Shown in pieces: positions 14,453 through 29,783 of a stretch of DNA of 64,000 nucleotides. The number at the start of each line of letters is the position of its first letter. Within the stretch, counting starts at the first letter, position 1. The stretch comes from Octopus vulgaris (lineage: Eukaryota). The notes under the pieces are model-generated. The model was not told the DNA's origin and ran no database searches. It was given only the letters and a program-made list of their open reading frames with translations. The stretch covers positions 27,032,001 through 27,096,000 of the forward strand of contig OX597840.1 of the NCBI GenBank assembly GCA_951406725.2, written 5' to 3'. A program made the translations under genes and the position numbers.

Positions 14453-15389
14453 ACTTTAAAAGGTCATTGAGGGCTTGACCGAAGAGGAAAGCATCTTTCT
14501 TCAATCCTGTCATCCCCCTCCATCACACAACCTCTTTACTCCATAGCTATTAGCTAGATGGACATCGTCTGCCCTTCTTTGGTTAAGGTGGAAGGTGGGT
14601 CGATCTTCGCGGTGGATTCGGCCGAGACTCGGATTCATCCTTCATGTGACAAGTCAGCAATGTTCAGACACTGCTCATGTGCGAGCCGTACGGTTTCGTT
14701 GCTTTGCGTGGATCTTGGACGCTCTAATCTGGTGGCACTCTCAGACCTGTAGATTTTTTTAATCTCAAACCAGCAGTGCCCGGGAATACTCTCAGACTAG
14801 CCCAGGTGGATTTTATGGTATCCAGATGAAACATGGTCGCAATCCAGTGACTGGCACAATTTTAAAAAAATTATTTTAAAAAATGGTACGGTTTGATATT
14901 TGCTCCTAAGAAACCCATTTACAGAACCGCGTTCAGATACTAGTGTCGTATCAACAAATGAATTATAAGCCCAATTATTTGCATTAACGGGAAATCCTTG
15001 TTGAATACCTGACACCAGAAGAACACCTGTTACTTTTGGATGTCTGAAATATTTTATGAAACTTAGGCGTAAAATTTAGCTACTGTATCGTAAATAACCT
15101 ACAGTAGAATGATCTATGCGAATGAAATAATGGAAAGTTAATAAAGATTGTTAAGTTTGTCTTGGAGATTACAAATCTCCATATATCGTTGTGGGTGTTA
15201 GTTTTCCCGGAAGCGTTCCATTTAATGAAAACAGTTCCATCGACAAGAGGATATGAAATATTAATTCTTTCACAAGTAATACAACAAATTGTGAAATTCA
15301 CCATCTTTAAGTGAAGTATGATTGCAAAGTTTGCACATAGGTGCATATCAGCCAATCGAAAAATAGAAATTTTAATGAGTGTTCCGTTT

Positions 15390-15590
15390 CTGAATGCCGA
15401 TCGATATTAACTGTTTAATGGAGAACCTTCTGAGAGCTGGTGTACCGGGCCAATGTACAAGTGAATGACAGCAGAGACAAAAAGATATATATGGGGCTGA
15501 GGTTTGTTTCACATACTAAGGTTTGTTTCACATATCATTTCAACACATTCAGTCATGAAATTAAAACGATATTTTTCGTTGATTTTCCAA
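15390..15590 (+). mobile_element. Decayed Penelope-like GIY-YIG endonuclease fragment
   Basis: LVYRANVQVNDSRDKKIYMGL...YHFNTFSHE resembles the PLE VY-x-A...YIG...H motif; possible RT remnant (MVRFDICS) near 14883. Confidence 0.5.
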
Positions 15591-15754
15591 TTGCAGTGAA
15601 AGTCCTCCCTTATCCCCGTTCTTCTCCAATTCCTTGGTTCACTGATTAGCAACATAATTCAGTGCCGTTCTTCACATTCTCCGGTCCAAGACAGCTGTAA
15701 TACCAATCTATAATTCTTCGAATGACATCAATTCCATCGGGTTCTGCCGTATTC

Positions 15755-15979
15755 TTTTATTCTTTTATTCTTTTATTCATTTACTCGTTTCAGTCAGTTG
15801 ACTGTGGCCATGCTGGAGCACCGCCTTTAGTCGGGCAAACCGACCTAGTACTTATTCTATCGGTCTCTTTGCCGAACCGCTAAGTTACGGAGACGTAAAC
15901 ACACAAGCATCGATGGTCAAGCGATGTTGGGCGGACAAACACAGACACACAAATATATATACACACACACACACGCACA

Positions 15980-16043
<64 letters not shown>

Positions 16044-16207
16044 TACGACGGGCTTCTTTCAGTTTCCGTCTACCAAATCCACTCACAAGACTTTGGTCGA
16101 CCCGAGGCTATAGTAGAAGACACTTATCCAAGGTGCCACGCAGTGGGACTGAACACAGAACCATGTGGGTTCGTAAGCAAGCTACTTACCACACAGCCAC
16201 TCCTACG
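15755..16207 (-). mobile_element. Family B SINE
   Basis: Reverse-complement match with internal (CA)/(TA) tract. Confidence 0.9.
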
Positions 16208-16496
16208 TATATTTATCTTCCAGTGCTTTCTCTTGCTGACTCGAGGCTAAAACAAACCGGTGTTAGCGCATGCGTTCTTGATAAGCTACGCTGGACTTCC
16301 AGAAAATTCTAAGGCCCTCCATCTTTTCAACATCCAAACAATCAGCTAATTATTTACCTTCGTATATTTTCCGTGGTGATAATTATTTTTCTGGGTTTTT
16401 TTTCTCCAATGAGCCAGTTGCTCGTTTGGAAATTTCCAGAAATAAAAGGGAACTGTAGCAGGTCAGACGTGCTCGTGCCAGTACCCACGATCGTCA

Positions 16497-16630
16497 TCCA
16501 CTCACAAAGTTTTGGTCGACCTGATACTATAGTAGAAGATATTTGCCCAAGGTGCCATGCAGTGAGGTTGAACCCGAGACCATGTGGTTGAGAAATAAAT
16601 TTCTTACCACGCAACCACGACTACGCCTAT
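16497..16630 (-). mobile_element. Family B SINE 5' fragment
   Basis: tttgcccaaggtgccatgcagtgaggttgaaccc. Confidence 0.8.
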
Positions 16631-16815
16631 AAACAACAAACAAGAAATGAGTTTATTTACATAATATCAGCTAATCCGAATTTTTGCAAAACAAGGACAA
16701 AAGCAAAATATGTTTTCTTACAATACGACTAATGGAAGCAGCGGGCTTGTTTCGATCTTGTGATATCTCATTAGCCAAACATATTCAACTTAGTGAGTCA
16801 AGACTTAAAATAATC

Positions 16816-16869
<54 letters not shown>

Positions 16870-17000
16870 TATATACATATATATATACATATATATATAT
16901 ACATATATATAGATACATATATAGATACATATATATTTTTTTTATTTCATTTTATCTAGTTTCAGCTCACGAGTTCTGGACATGCTGGGGCACTGCCATT

Positions 17001-17060
<60 letters not shown>

Positions 17061-17284
17061 TTTATGAATATTACGGAGAAATACCTTAGAGGCGGGATAC
17101 ATAATAATGAACAATGTCCATAAGTGGCCGAAAGAATCTATCAGATTTAATGCATTGTCCACAATCAACCCCTCAACGATCAGTGCTTCCATTTCCATGA
17201 AACAAAGACATTACAATGGAATTGGGAAGAGGAATTTTGAATTGGAAATGATGTCGCAGGAGGATCTAAGAATATATCTATGGC

Positions 17285-17981
<697 letters not shown>

Positions 17982-18589
17982 CGTGCGTGCGTGTGTGGTG
18001 GGAAAGTATCTGGTATGTGGTAAATTGGTAAAACATATGGCAAGGAATTGTATTCGATCTGACAGATCGATTTCGAAAAAGCGCCGATGTTTCAGTAAAG
18101 CGATAAAAATATTCAATATATATATATATATCAAGAGGACCAAAAAAAAATTATATATATACATATATATTGATGATTGATGGAAAGGAAATTGATTTTT
18201 TCTGAAATTGTTTCGAAAGAACATTAGTGCCAATTTGCCAATTTACTCTATCGATATATAGAAAGTTATTCGAGTGAGAATGATCGAATAGAAATTCTTT
18301 TATTCGAGGAATATAAGGAGCACCATCATAATATCATCGTATTAGAAATGTCGAAGAATTGACAGATAATTGTCTCCGATTTTGCTCTTTCGAAACTTTT
18401 GGTTTGATTAGACGTATTACGGCAATCGGTCACCTTGGCTGTGAATCGTTATCTCATATAAATTAGAGTTCAAGTTTGTTTCAAAGAACACGTTTGTTTC
18501 AAAGTACACGTCTGTCTACGTTTCGAAACTTTGGTTTGACTCGACTGCAATCGGTCACCACGGCATTTAATGATTACTCATTTATATAC

Positions 18590-18821
18590 ACTTTTACTAT
18601 TTTACTCTTTTACTTGTTTCGGTCATTTGACTGCGGCCATGCTGGAGCACCGCCTTTAGTCGAGCAACTCGACCCCGGGACTTATCCTTTTTTGTAAGCC
18701 CAGTACTTATTCTATCGGTCTCTTTTGCCGAACCGCTGAGTTACGCGGACGCAAACACACTACCATCGGTTGTCAAGCAATGCTAGGGGGACAAACACAG
18801 ACACACAAACATATAGACACG

Positions 18822-18887
<66 letters not shown>

Positions 18888-19043
18888 CAACAGGCTTCTT
18901 TCAGTTTTCGTCTACCAAATCCAATCAGAAGGCATTGATCGGCCCGAGGCTATAGTAGAAGACACTTGTCCAAGATGCCACGCAGTGGGACTGAACCCGG
19001 AACCATGTGGCTGGTAAGCAAGCTACTTACCACACAGCCACTC
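18590..19043 (-). mobile_element. Family B SINE
   Basis: Near full-length reverse-complement match. Confidence 0.92.
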
Positions 19044-19129
19044 CATGATTGTTATAAAAGGACAACAAATATTAAGGCAAGGCAAACATCTCAATTCGTA
19101 TACAATATTATTATTGGAAAAAATTCAAA

Positions 19130-19185
19130 GCCTTACAGCTGTTTCTGGGATATCCCCGAGTATGGGATATTCCATCATCAGAGAC
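19130..19185 (-). ncRNA. Type I hammerhead ribozyme motif, canonical core
   Basis: gtct-CTGATGA-tggaatatccc(atactcg)gggatatccca-GAAA-cagctg-TA-aggc; stem II 10 of 11 pairs, palindromic stem III, GUA cleavage triplet. Confidence 0.75.
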
Positions 19186-19499
19186 AAATAGGGAAAAATA
19201 CGGAAAATGAGAATGGTTTATATTAATGAGATGACGACATAGAGGAAGGGAGTAAAAGAATAAGGAGATGGAAAGAAAGAAGAAGAAAGAAGCATAAAAC
19301 TTAATATTTCAACTTTCCGAACAACAACATGAGTCCTTAGGTGCAATCCTGCGTAGATCCATGATGGCTCCATAACTACCGTCTCGGCTGTAAGCTTGGA
19401 GCCCTAGTAATCCGTTACAGCACTTCCCTAGCGTACCTAGTCGTTGAAATTGATATTATTTGATAATATTAATATCTACTCTTATGATATATATATATA

Positions 19500-19660
19500 T
19501 ATATAAGAATTTTTTCCGTAATGAGATAAAAAAAAACCAAGGCTGTATAGATATAAGAACATTTATAGATAGAAGCTGTAAGACCTTCTATCTATAAATG
19601 CTCAAATATCTATACAGCCTTGTTTTTTTTTTATCTTATTACCCAAAAAATTCTTATATA
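19500..19660. repeat. About 75-bp-arm inverted repeat with about 9-nt spacer
   Basis: atataagaattttt...tttatagatagaag and cttctatctataaa...aaaaattcttatat; centre contains agctgtaagac. Confidence 0.9.
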
Positions 19661-19784
19661 CCCACGATAACATTGAACCAAAGTTGAACCCTTTATTCGC
19701 AAAATTACCGAATCTGGAACTTAACTTCTATAGCACTTATTCAGCATTACCTGACAACTTCGGGTCTCAATGACACCATTATCT

Positions 19785-19855
<71 letters not shown>

Positions 19856-19906
19856 ATGTATGTATATATGTATGTATGCTTTATTTAAAAGCAGCGGATA
19901 TATCTC

Positions 19907-19952
19907 AAAACTGTTACTCAGAGTTTCACGTTCCCGTTCGTCGGACAGTTTT
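19907..19952 (-). ncRNA. Type I hammerhead ribozyme motif, CCGACGA core
   Basis: aaaactgt-CCGACGA-acg(ggaa)cgt-GAAA-ctctgag-TA-acagtttt; perfect 8-bp stem I, GNRA-capped stem II. Confidence 0.75.
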
Positions 19953-20392
19953 TTGAAAGGTACACCTGTGAGTGGATTGCTCAGCCATTTGCACGTTAAT
20001 TTCACGTATCAGCTGGGGCCCCCGTCGTCTTCGTAACCGACAGAGTGCTCCTAAACATATATATGTTCATACATACTTACATACATACTTACATACATAC
20101 TTACATACATACATACATACATACACTCACACACACATGTAGACACGTAAATATACATACACGCGAAAAAAAAGGAATTTAATTAAATTTTTCTGAAGGA
20201 AATTGAAGTGTCAAACGATAATTGCATATACTTATATGGAGAGATATGCATGCATATACATACATATATAAGTGTGTATGTATGTATGTATGTATGTATG
20301 TATGTATGTATGTATGTATGTATGTATGTATGTATGTATAAATACACACACATATATGTAAATAGCTGTATATATGTTTGTGTGTGAGCCAG

Positions 20393-20437
<45 letters not shown>

Positions 20438-20452
20438 ATTGGTAAATTTCTG

Positions 20453-20503
<51 letters not shown>

Positions 20504-20616
20504 ATGTATGTGTATATATACATATGCATGCGCAGAGAGAGACACACACACATGTACATCAATGCATATGTATATAAGATACACACGAACTCACACGCAA
20601 ATATATTTATGCACAA

Positions 20617-20649
<33 letters not shown>

Positions 20650-20667
20650 TATATATATATATATATA

Positions 20668-20718
<51 letters not shown>

Positions 20719-21055
20719 GCACACACTCATAACGCCCTTATCAACCATCTTCCTCACAGCAAGTAAGTTGCTCTCTCGCGATGGTTCCGTCCGTACACCT
20801 ATCTGATCGTATGCGTCTCGCTCGTCTGCTTGTCGCTCAGTCGGTCGGTCAGCCTGTCTGTCTGACTGCCTGTCCGTTGTTAGGCTTACCGAAATCTATG
20901 TAACATAATGATATTGATAAAACTGTCATAACAACAATCACAGCTTGCTCTTCAGCTGACATCCTACTTCTTTCGTTCCCTACAACGTTAACGTCCATTT
21001 TAACAGTTTCGTATATCTATATATTCATTTATTTGCCGAGTTATTGTAACCAAAC

Positions 21056-21282
<227 letters not shown>

Positions 21283-21429
21283 AGCGTTTAGATTACCTGT
21301 GAACTAAACCCCCATACTGTGTGTTGGCAGAAACAAAGAAAATGCCCCTTGTATTTGAATACTCTGCAAATATTCTTTTGAAATACTTTTCATTTAATTT
21401 TTCTGAAATTTTATTGTTTTCCATACTTA

Positions 21430-21465
21430 CAGTTGAAAAAGTGTCAATAACCGAAACCGGTGCTG
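21430..21465 (+). ncRNA. Degenerate hammerhead-like motif with U3-A8 core, in a cassette spanning about 21322-21505
   Basis: cag-TTGAAAA-agtgtcaataacc-GAAA-ccgg-TG-ctg; homologous to 33130-33166. Confidence 0.5.
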
Positions 21466-21517
21466 AAATGTTTTTCATAAAATTATTTTGGCATTTTCTA
21501 CTTGCCTTTTTACTATA

Positions 21518-21594
<77 letters not shown>

Positions 21595-21656
21595 ATGGAG
21601 AATGGGAAGTAAATAATTGTTTATTATTAACAGCAAATTGATCATCACCCCTTATG

Positions 21657-21730
<74 letters not shown>

Positions 21731-21733
21731 GCA

Positions 21734-21779
<46 letters not shown>

Positions 21780-21992
21780 GAGAGAGAGAAAGAAAGTCAG
21801 AAAGATAGACAAATAGGTAGACAGATAAATAGATGCATAGATATGATTATACATATATAAGCATTTACTTAGATATATATATATATATGCATATATGCCT
21901 ATATATATACATATATATACATGCATATATCTATACATATATATATGTATAGATATATATATGTATATATATATGTATATATATATATGTTA

Positions 21993-22101
<109 letters not shown>

Positions 22102-22149
22102 GCATTTTTATCTCTCTATCGTTATATATAATGCTTATATAAATCTATA

Positions 22150-22203
<54 letters not shown>

Positions 22204-22357
22204 TACACACATACACACGCACATACAAAGAATTTTAATTGAAACTGGGAAACCTGCAAAGCTTCCTGATTGCTGAGTTAAATGATTTTTCTGCTGGACG
22301 AACATACACACATAAAGAGATTTGTATTAGCATGCGTCCGTGTGCATGTGCACGTTC

Positions 22358-22425
<68 letters not shown>

Positions 22426-22449
22426 ATGTGTATGCGTGTATGTGTGTGT

Positions 22450-22710
22450 ATGTGTGTGCGTGTGCGAATTTTGTTATATTCATATGTATGTATATACACG
22501 TGAATGTATGTATATATCGATAAATGTATATGCATATACATATAATAATAATAATAATAATAATGTATATATGTATGTGTGTATGTGTGTGTGTATGTGT
22601 GTGCGTGTGCGAATTTGGTTATATTCATATATATGTATATATATGTGAATGTATATATATATCGATAAATGTATATGCGTATACATATAATAATAATTAT
22701 AATAATAATG

Positions 22711-22744
<34 letters not shown>

Positions 22745-22918
22745 CAACAACAACAACAGTAATAATAATAATAATGTATGTATGTATGTGTGCGTATGTG
22801 TGAGTGTATATGTGTGCGTGTGCGAATGTGGTTATATTCATATATATGTATATACATGTGGATGTTTTGTATATATCGATAAATGTATATGCATATACAT
22901 ATAATAATAATTATAATA

Positions 22919-22949
<31 letters not shown>

Positions 22950-23200
22950 CAATAATAATGTATATATGTATGTGTGTATATGTGTGTGTATTGTGTGTGT
23001 ATGTGTGTGCGTGTGCGAATGTGGTTATATTCATATATATGTATATGCATGCGGATGTATGTATATATCGATAAATGTATATGCATATACATATAATAAT
23101 AATTATAATAATAATGATAATAATAATAATAATGATAATAATAATAACAACAACAACAATAATAATAATACTAATTATAATGTATATATATATGTGTGTA
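22450..23200. repeat. Higher-order tandem repeat (4 units, about 145-215 bp) with embedded variable microsatellites
   Basis: gtgcgtgtgcgaat...gttatattcatat...atatcgataaatgtatatgc...(aat)n occurs four times. Confidence 0.85.
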
Positions 23201-23209
23201 TGTATGTGT

Positions 23210-23300
<91 letters not shown>

Positions 23301-23666
23301 GACGACCGCTTCTTCTTGGCAGATGACAGCCAATGCAATCATTGTACACCATGTCGATAATATCCACAACGCCTCTGTGTCGACAGATAACTCGATGAGA
23401 TCTTAAGACCGGCAGTTGACCTGTAAGGCTTCAAAATCACGGGACAGATAAGACTTTATACAGCCATGACTTTCTAAGTCTTCTCACGTCGCAATTCTTC
23501 CATCGCCACCGCACTTTTTGATAGAGAGACCAGTTGAACCAGATAATACAAGACATATGTGTGTCATTGGATGAAGGGTCATAGACTTGCACAGCCTGTA
23601 TCTCTCTCACTCTCAATGGAATCTGATGACAAACATTTCGAGATAACAGGCAGGTAAATCAGGTAA

Positions 23667-24527
23667 AGGCGGCGAGCTGGCAGAAACGTTAGCACACCGG
23701 GCGAAATGCTTAGCGGTATTTCGTCTGCCGTTACGTTCTGAGTTCAAATTCCGCCGAGGTCGACTTTGCCTGTCATCCTTTCGGGGTCGATTAAATAAGT
23801 ACCAGTTACGCACTGGGGTCGATATAATCGACTTAATTCGTTTGTCTGTCCTTGTTTGTCCCCTCTATGTTTAGTCTCTTGTGGGTAGTAAAGAAATAGG
23901 TATTTCGTCTGCCGCTACGTTCTGAGTTCAAATTCTGCCGAGGTCGACTTTGCCTTTCATCCTTTCGGGGTCGATTAAATAAGTACCAGTTACGCACTGG
24001 GGTCGATATAATCGACTTAATCCGTTTGTCTGTCCTTGTTCGTTCTCTTTGTGTTTAGCTCCTTCTGGATAGCAAAGAAATAGGTATTTTGTCTGCCGCT
24101 ACGTTCTGAGTTCAAATTCCGCCGAGGTCGACTTTGCCTTTCATCCTTTCGGGGTCGATAAATTAAGTACCAGTTACGCACTGGGATCGGTATAATCGAC
24201 TTAATACCTATGTCTGTCCTTGTTTGTTCCTTCTATGTTTAGTCCCTTGTGGGTAGTAAAGAAATAGGTATTTCGTCTGCCGCTACGTTCTGAGTTCAAA
24301 TTCCGCCGAGATCGACTTTGCCTTTCATCCTTCCGGGGTCGATAAATTAAGTACCAGTTACGCACTGGGGTCGATATAATCGACTTAATCCGTTTGTCTT
24401 TGTTTGTCCCCTCTGTGTTTAGCCCCTTGTGGGTAGTAAAGAAATAGGTATTTCGTCTGCCGGTACGTTCTGAGTTCAAATTCCGCCGAGGTCGACTTTG
24501 CCTTTCATCCTTTCGGGGTCAATTAAA
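23667..24527 (+). mobile_element. Family A SINE head-to-tail array (about 5 units)
   Basis: One full head followed by about 179-bp units joined at aaagaaataggtatttcgtc. Confidence 0.93.
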
Positions 24528-24529
24528 TA

Positions 24530-25315
24530 ATCTGTTGATAATTACGACTGCATCATTATCCTTTATCAATCAATAACTGAGGATCTGTTAATGAATACAA
24601 ATTGCAATACTTAGGAGATAAAATCCTGATGGTTAAGAACTGTATCTTTTATCGATCATCAATCATTAATCATCGATTTCTTGACAATGTTAAAATGAAG
24701 CTTTACTTACATTATCAACTTTGCTTCTCGATCGGTTGAATATAGAATCTGATATTTTATCGATTATCAATCATCATTCACCATTTAGTTGATGGCTAAG
24801 CCTATATCTTATCTGCTAACAACTTTATTCATCAATTTCTGGATGGTTAGGCCCATATCTTCTTTTCCTCAACAATCATCACTCATTGATTTGGTGGAGG
24901 TGAAAACTGTATTTTTTTAGATATTATCAATCAATATCCGTTAATCTGTCGATAATTACGACTGCATCATTATCCTTCATCAATCATTAACTAACGATCT
25001 GTTGACTATGACTGCGCCATTCTACTTTATTAATGATTGCTCATCGATCTTGCACAGATAAAGATTGCATTTTTCACACGTTATCAGCTTCATGTATCGA
25101 TCTGTTAATTTTTAACGCATTTTTATACATTGTCAACCATCACATACCATTCTTTTGATTACTAAAACACCATCTTTTATTCGTTACCAACATTATTTAT
25201 CGATTTTTTTGCAACTTAAATCTGTATATTTTATCCATTATCACTCATTACTCATTGAAGTCGTGATGGTTTAATCTTTATCCTTCATAATATCAAATTT
25301 ATTCAACTAAACTTC
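24530..25315. repeat. Highly diverged about 53-bp tandem repeat (about 15 units)
   Basis: Recurrent tctgttgat...tatcttttat...ttatcaatcatta..catcga motif; 24528-24590 closely matches 24943-25005. Confidence 0.65.
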
Positions 25316-25511
25316 ACTTCATATCTAAATTATCCAAATTGAGATAAAAATCAATTTTTTTTTCTTTCCAAAGTCGATGGCATTGTCTCCCGGATGAACA
25401 ACATGGCGGATGAAAGGCGTTTTAGATTCTGGAGTCAAGTAAACAGCTGTGAAAGATTATTCTTTAATTAAGCCACCATTATATTCGTTTCTGTGGTGTG
25501 TGCATATACAA

Positions 25512-26045
<534 letters not shown>

Positions 26046-26342
26046 GAGTGCGCGCGCCTGTGTGTAATTCAACAGTCCTATTCATCAATGAGAGTCCACT
26101 GAGAATGTATATTCTCACAGTAATACTTTAATCTCTTTCATCCGTCTGCTGACGTCATATGTTTTATAAAGCAATTCTGTTACTCTTCTCATTTTAGCTG
26201 TGGTTATTTGCTACTTTTGTTGGTCCGGCTTTCATCTCAAAGCGACGCTTATTGTGTAGGCGTTCCATCTTTGACCATCCCAGCTATTTTTAACGACATT
26301 AGGTACGAGAGTCTTTATTGTGTATATTTTTTCATTAAGTAT

Positions 26343-27015
26343 TTGAAGAGATATTTAACTGCTATTTCTTACAATTCAAGCCACCGTATACAGGATTTCT
26401 AGATGGTACACAGGTCACGTTACTATCCTGATTTTAGCCGCAGGTTTGCTATTGTTGAGAAGACGATAGGATCAAAAGCTATTGAATTCGTCCCTGTACA
26501 GGCATTATGGCGCCCATTTTGCGGAAAGCTTTCTTATGTCCAAAATGTTTTGGAGGATGGGGCCAAATCTTTCGCAGGAAATCCTCAGGGCCTCAGCTAT
26601 GGCCCTATCTGAAAACCGACGGTCCTCGAAGAGATATTTAACTGTTATTTCAAGAAATTCAGGCCACAGTATATATGATCCCTAGATGGTACACAGGTCA
26701 CGTTACTATCCTGATTTTAGCCGCAGGTTTGCCATTGTTGAGAAGACGATAGGATCAAAAGCTATTGGATTCGTCCCTGTACAGGCATTTCGGCACCTAT
26801 CTTGCGGAAAGCTTTCTTATGTCCAAAATGTTTTGGAGGATGGGGCCAAATCTTTCGCAGGAAACCCTCGGGGCCTCAGCTATGGCCCTATCTGAAATCC
26901 GACGGTCCTCGAAAATTATGACATACTCAGGGTCGGCTTTTTCCTCTGTGGTCGTGTAAGTTGGCCGTCCTGACAGGAATTGAGCTGTGACATCGAAATG
27001 ACCAGTCCGAAAAAA
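26343..27015 (-). mobile_element. Mariner transposase N-terminal fossil with internal 283-bp tandem duplication
   Basis: Minus strand reads FRTGHFDV...SGRPTYTTTEE...IFEDRRISDRAIAEA...ILQNILDIRKLSAKWAP*CL (mariner HTH and WVP motif); stop codons present. Confidence 0.75.
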
Positions 27016-27311
27016 TTATTGCAATTGGTAATAATTGCAATAATTGGTGATAGTATCTGAAGACATCAAGGGGAATATAAATAGAAATTGGAATAGAGTT
27101 GTAATACAAAGTATTCTTCGTAGCCCTTTGAACATGGTTGTTCCGTACGAACCGACTTTAGTGCGATGTCATCTCGGGATTAAAAAGTCGCAGTAAAGTC
27201 CATTCGAACCGATCAGCCATATTGAAGTAGCTACGAACATTACTTGCTGTATGCTGTATAGTTTTCCTACAGTTTACACGCACATACAAATGCACACACA
27301 CACAAACACAG

Positions 27312-27638
27312 CCTGGAATGATGATTGTGTTAACATACAAAACTACCAGCATTCCTTACAATAAGCCTGACATTATTGCTTACGACAAACCTGACATGGA
27401 TGTACTAATTGTTCACTTAATGACACTAAATAACTACCAAGTCGCGCAGAAGTAACAGGGAAAGACATACCAAGTTACACCTGTTAGGCTGTTCAATACA
27501 CAATAGCGTGGCGCTTAAGGAATAAGTCCATTGGTACATTGGACAGAAATATTATACGTGGCGCTTTTGTTCTGAAGACATTGATGTATGAGCTGTGGAG
27601 ATGGGAACAGGTGACTCTCAATTCTGCCATTCACTAGC

Positions 27639-27640
<2 letters not shown>
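27312..27640 (+). mobile_element. Possible degenerate 3' end of an RLE-type non-LTR element ending in (AAT)n
   Basis: TSIPYNKPDIIAYDK resembles the N-R/K-PD motif of restriction-like endonucleases. Confidence 0.35.
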
Positions 27641-28353
<713 letters not shown>

Positions 28354-28831
28354 GATGGGCTACAGCAAATATTCTGCTCAATACCACAGATTTGCTTGTC
28401 AGTTGTTTGACCTTAACCAGTTGAGCATGTCCCTTAGTGGCTGACGATATGTGCATCTTTGATCACGAGCAGAAGTAGTGGGGGAGCATCATAGCCATGT
28501 GTTGAGAGGGATTCTTTGAGGTTTGAATAATTCACCTCTGGAGACATAGGTGGTTCTTTCAACATCCTAAAACAACCCTTATTCAGGGACCGTTTGAGCG
28601 GGATGGGCTACTCAACCTGAAGAAAATTCTAACTGGGCCCCACCTGCAAGGTCATGTGCATTTTATCTTGATATGAGATCACCATGTCGCGCACATATGG
28701 TTGTGATGCATGTGCCTGGTGTGCCCTTATCAGACGGGTGCCCTTATCAGACGGGTAGTCATGATGGGTATATTGGGGTTCGTATATTTTACCCCAGTGT
28801 CATTTTGATGGCATGAACTGCTCTCTCACTC

Positions 28832-28832
<1 letters not shown>
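28354..28832 (+). mobile_element. About 480-bp interspersed element embedded in (AAT)n, copy 1
   Basis: Near-identical to 28997-29476; ends ctctctcactc(aat)n. Confidence 0.8.
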
Positions 28833-28930
<98 letters not shown>

Positions 28931-28932
28931 TA

Positions 28933-29476
28933 AATGGCTTCTGATCTTAACTGATTGGAAGTGTTATCGTGTACATTGTTTTGTCTTGGTATAAAAGATG
29001 GGCTACAGCAAATATTCTGCTCAATACCACAGATTTGCTTGTCAGTTGTTTGACCTTAACCAGTTGAGCATGTCCCTTAGTGGCTGACGATATGTGCATC
29101 TCTGATCACGAGCAGAAGTAGTGGGGGAGCATCATAGCTATGTGTTGAGAGGGATTCTTTGGGGTTTGAATAGTTCACCTCTGGAAACATGGGTGGTTCT
29201 TTCAACATCCTTAAACAACCCTTATTCAGGGACCGTTTGAGCGGGTTGGGCTACTCAACCTGAAGAAAATTCTAACTGGGCCCCACCTGCAAGGTCATGT
29301 GCTGTTTATCTTGATATGAGATCACCATGTCGCGCACATATGGTTGTGATGCATGTGCCTGGTGTACCTTTATCAGACGGGTAGTCATGATGGGTATATT
29401 GGGCTTCGTATATTTTACCCCAGTGTCACTTTGATGGCATGAACTGCTCTCTCACTCATGAACTGCTCTCTCACTC
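28933..29476 (+). mobile_element. Same element, copy 2 (about 60 bp longer at the 5' end)
   Basis: Shared 3' end, different 5' end, flanked by (AAT)n. Confidence 0.8.
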
Positions 29477-29480
29477 AATA

Positions 29481-29536
<56 letters not shown>

Positions 29537-29553
29537 TAATAATAATAATAATA

Positions 29554-29670
<117 letters not shown>

Positions 29671-29783
29671 CAGCAACAACAATCCTTTCTACTATAGTCA
29701 CAAGGCTTGAAATTTGATGGAAGGGGGCGGAATTTGAACTCAGAATGTAAAGAGAAGAAATGGCGCTCAGCATTTTGCCCGGC

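Noticed and set aside
23667-24527. CRISPR-like or retrozyme interpretation of the 179-bp arrays
   Set aside because: No unique spacers or cas genes; no hammerhead core found in the unit on either strand
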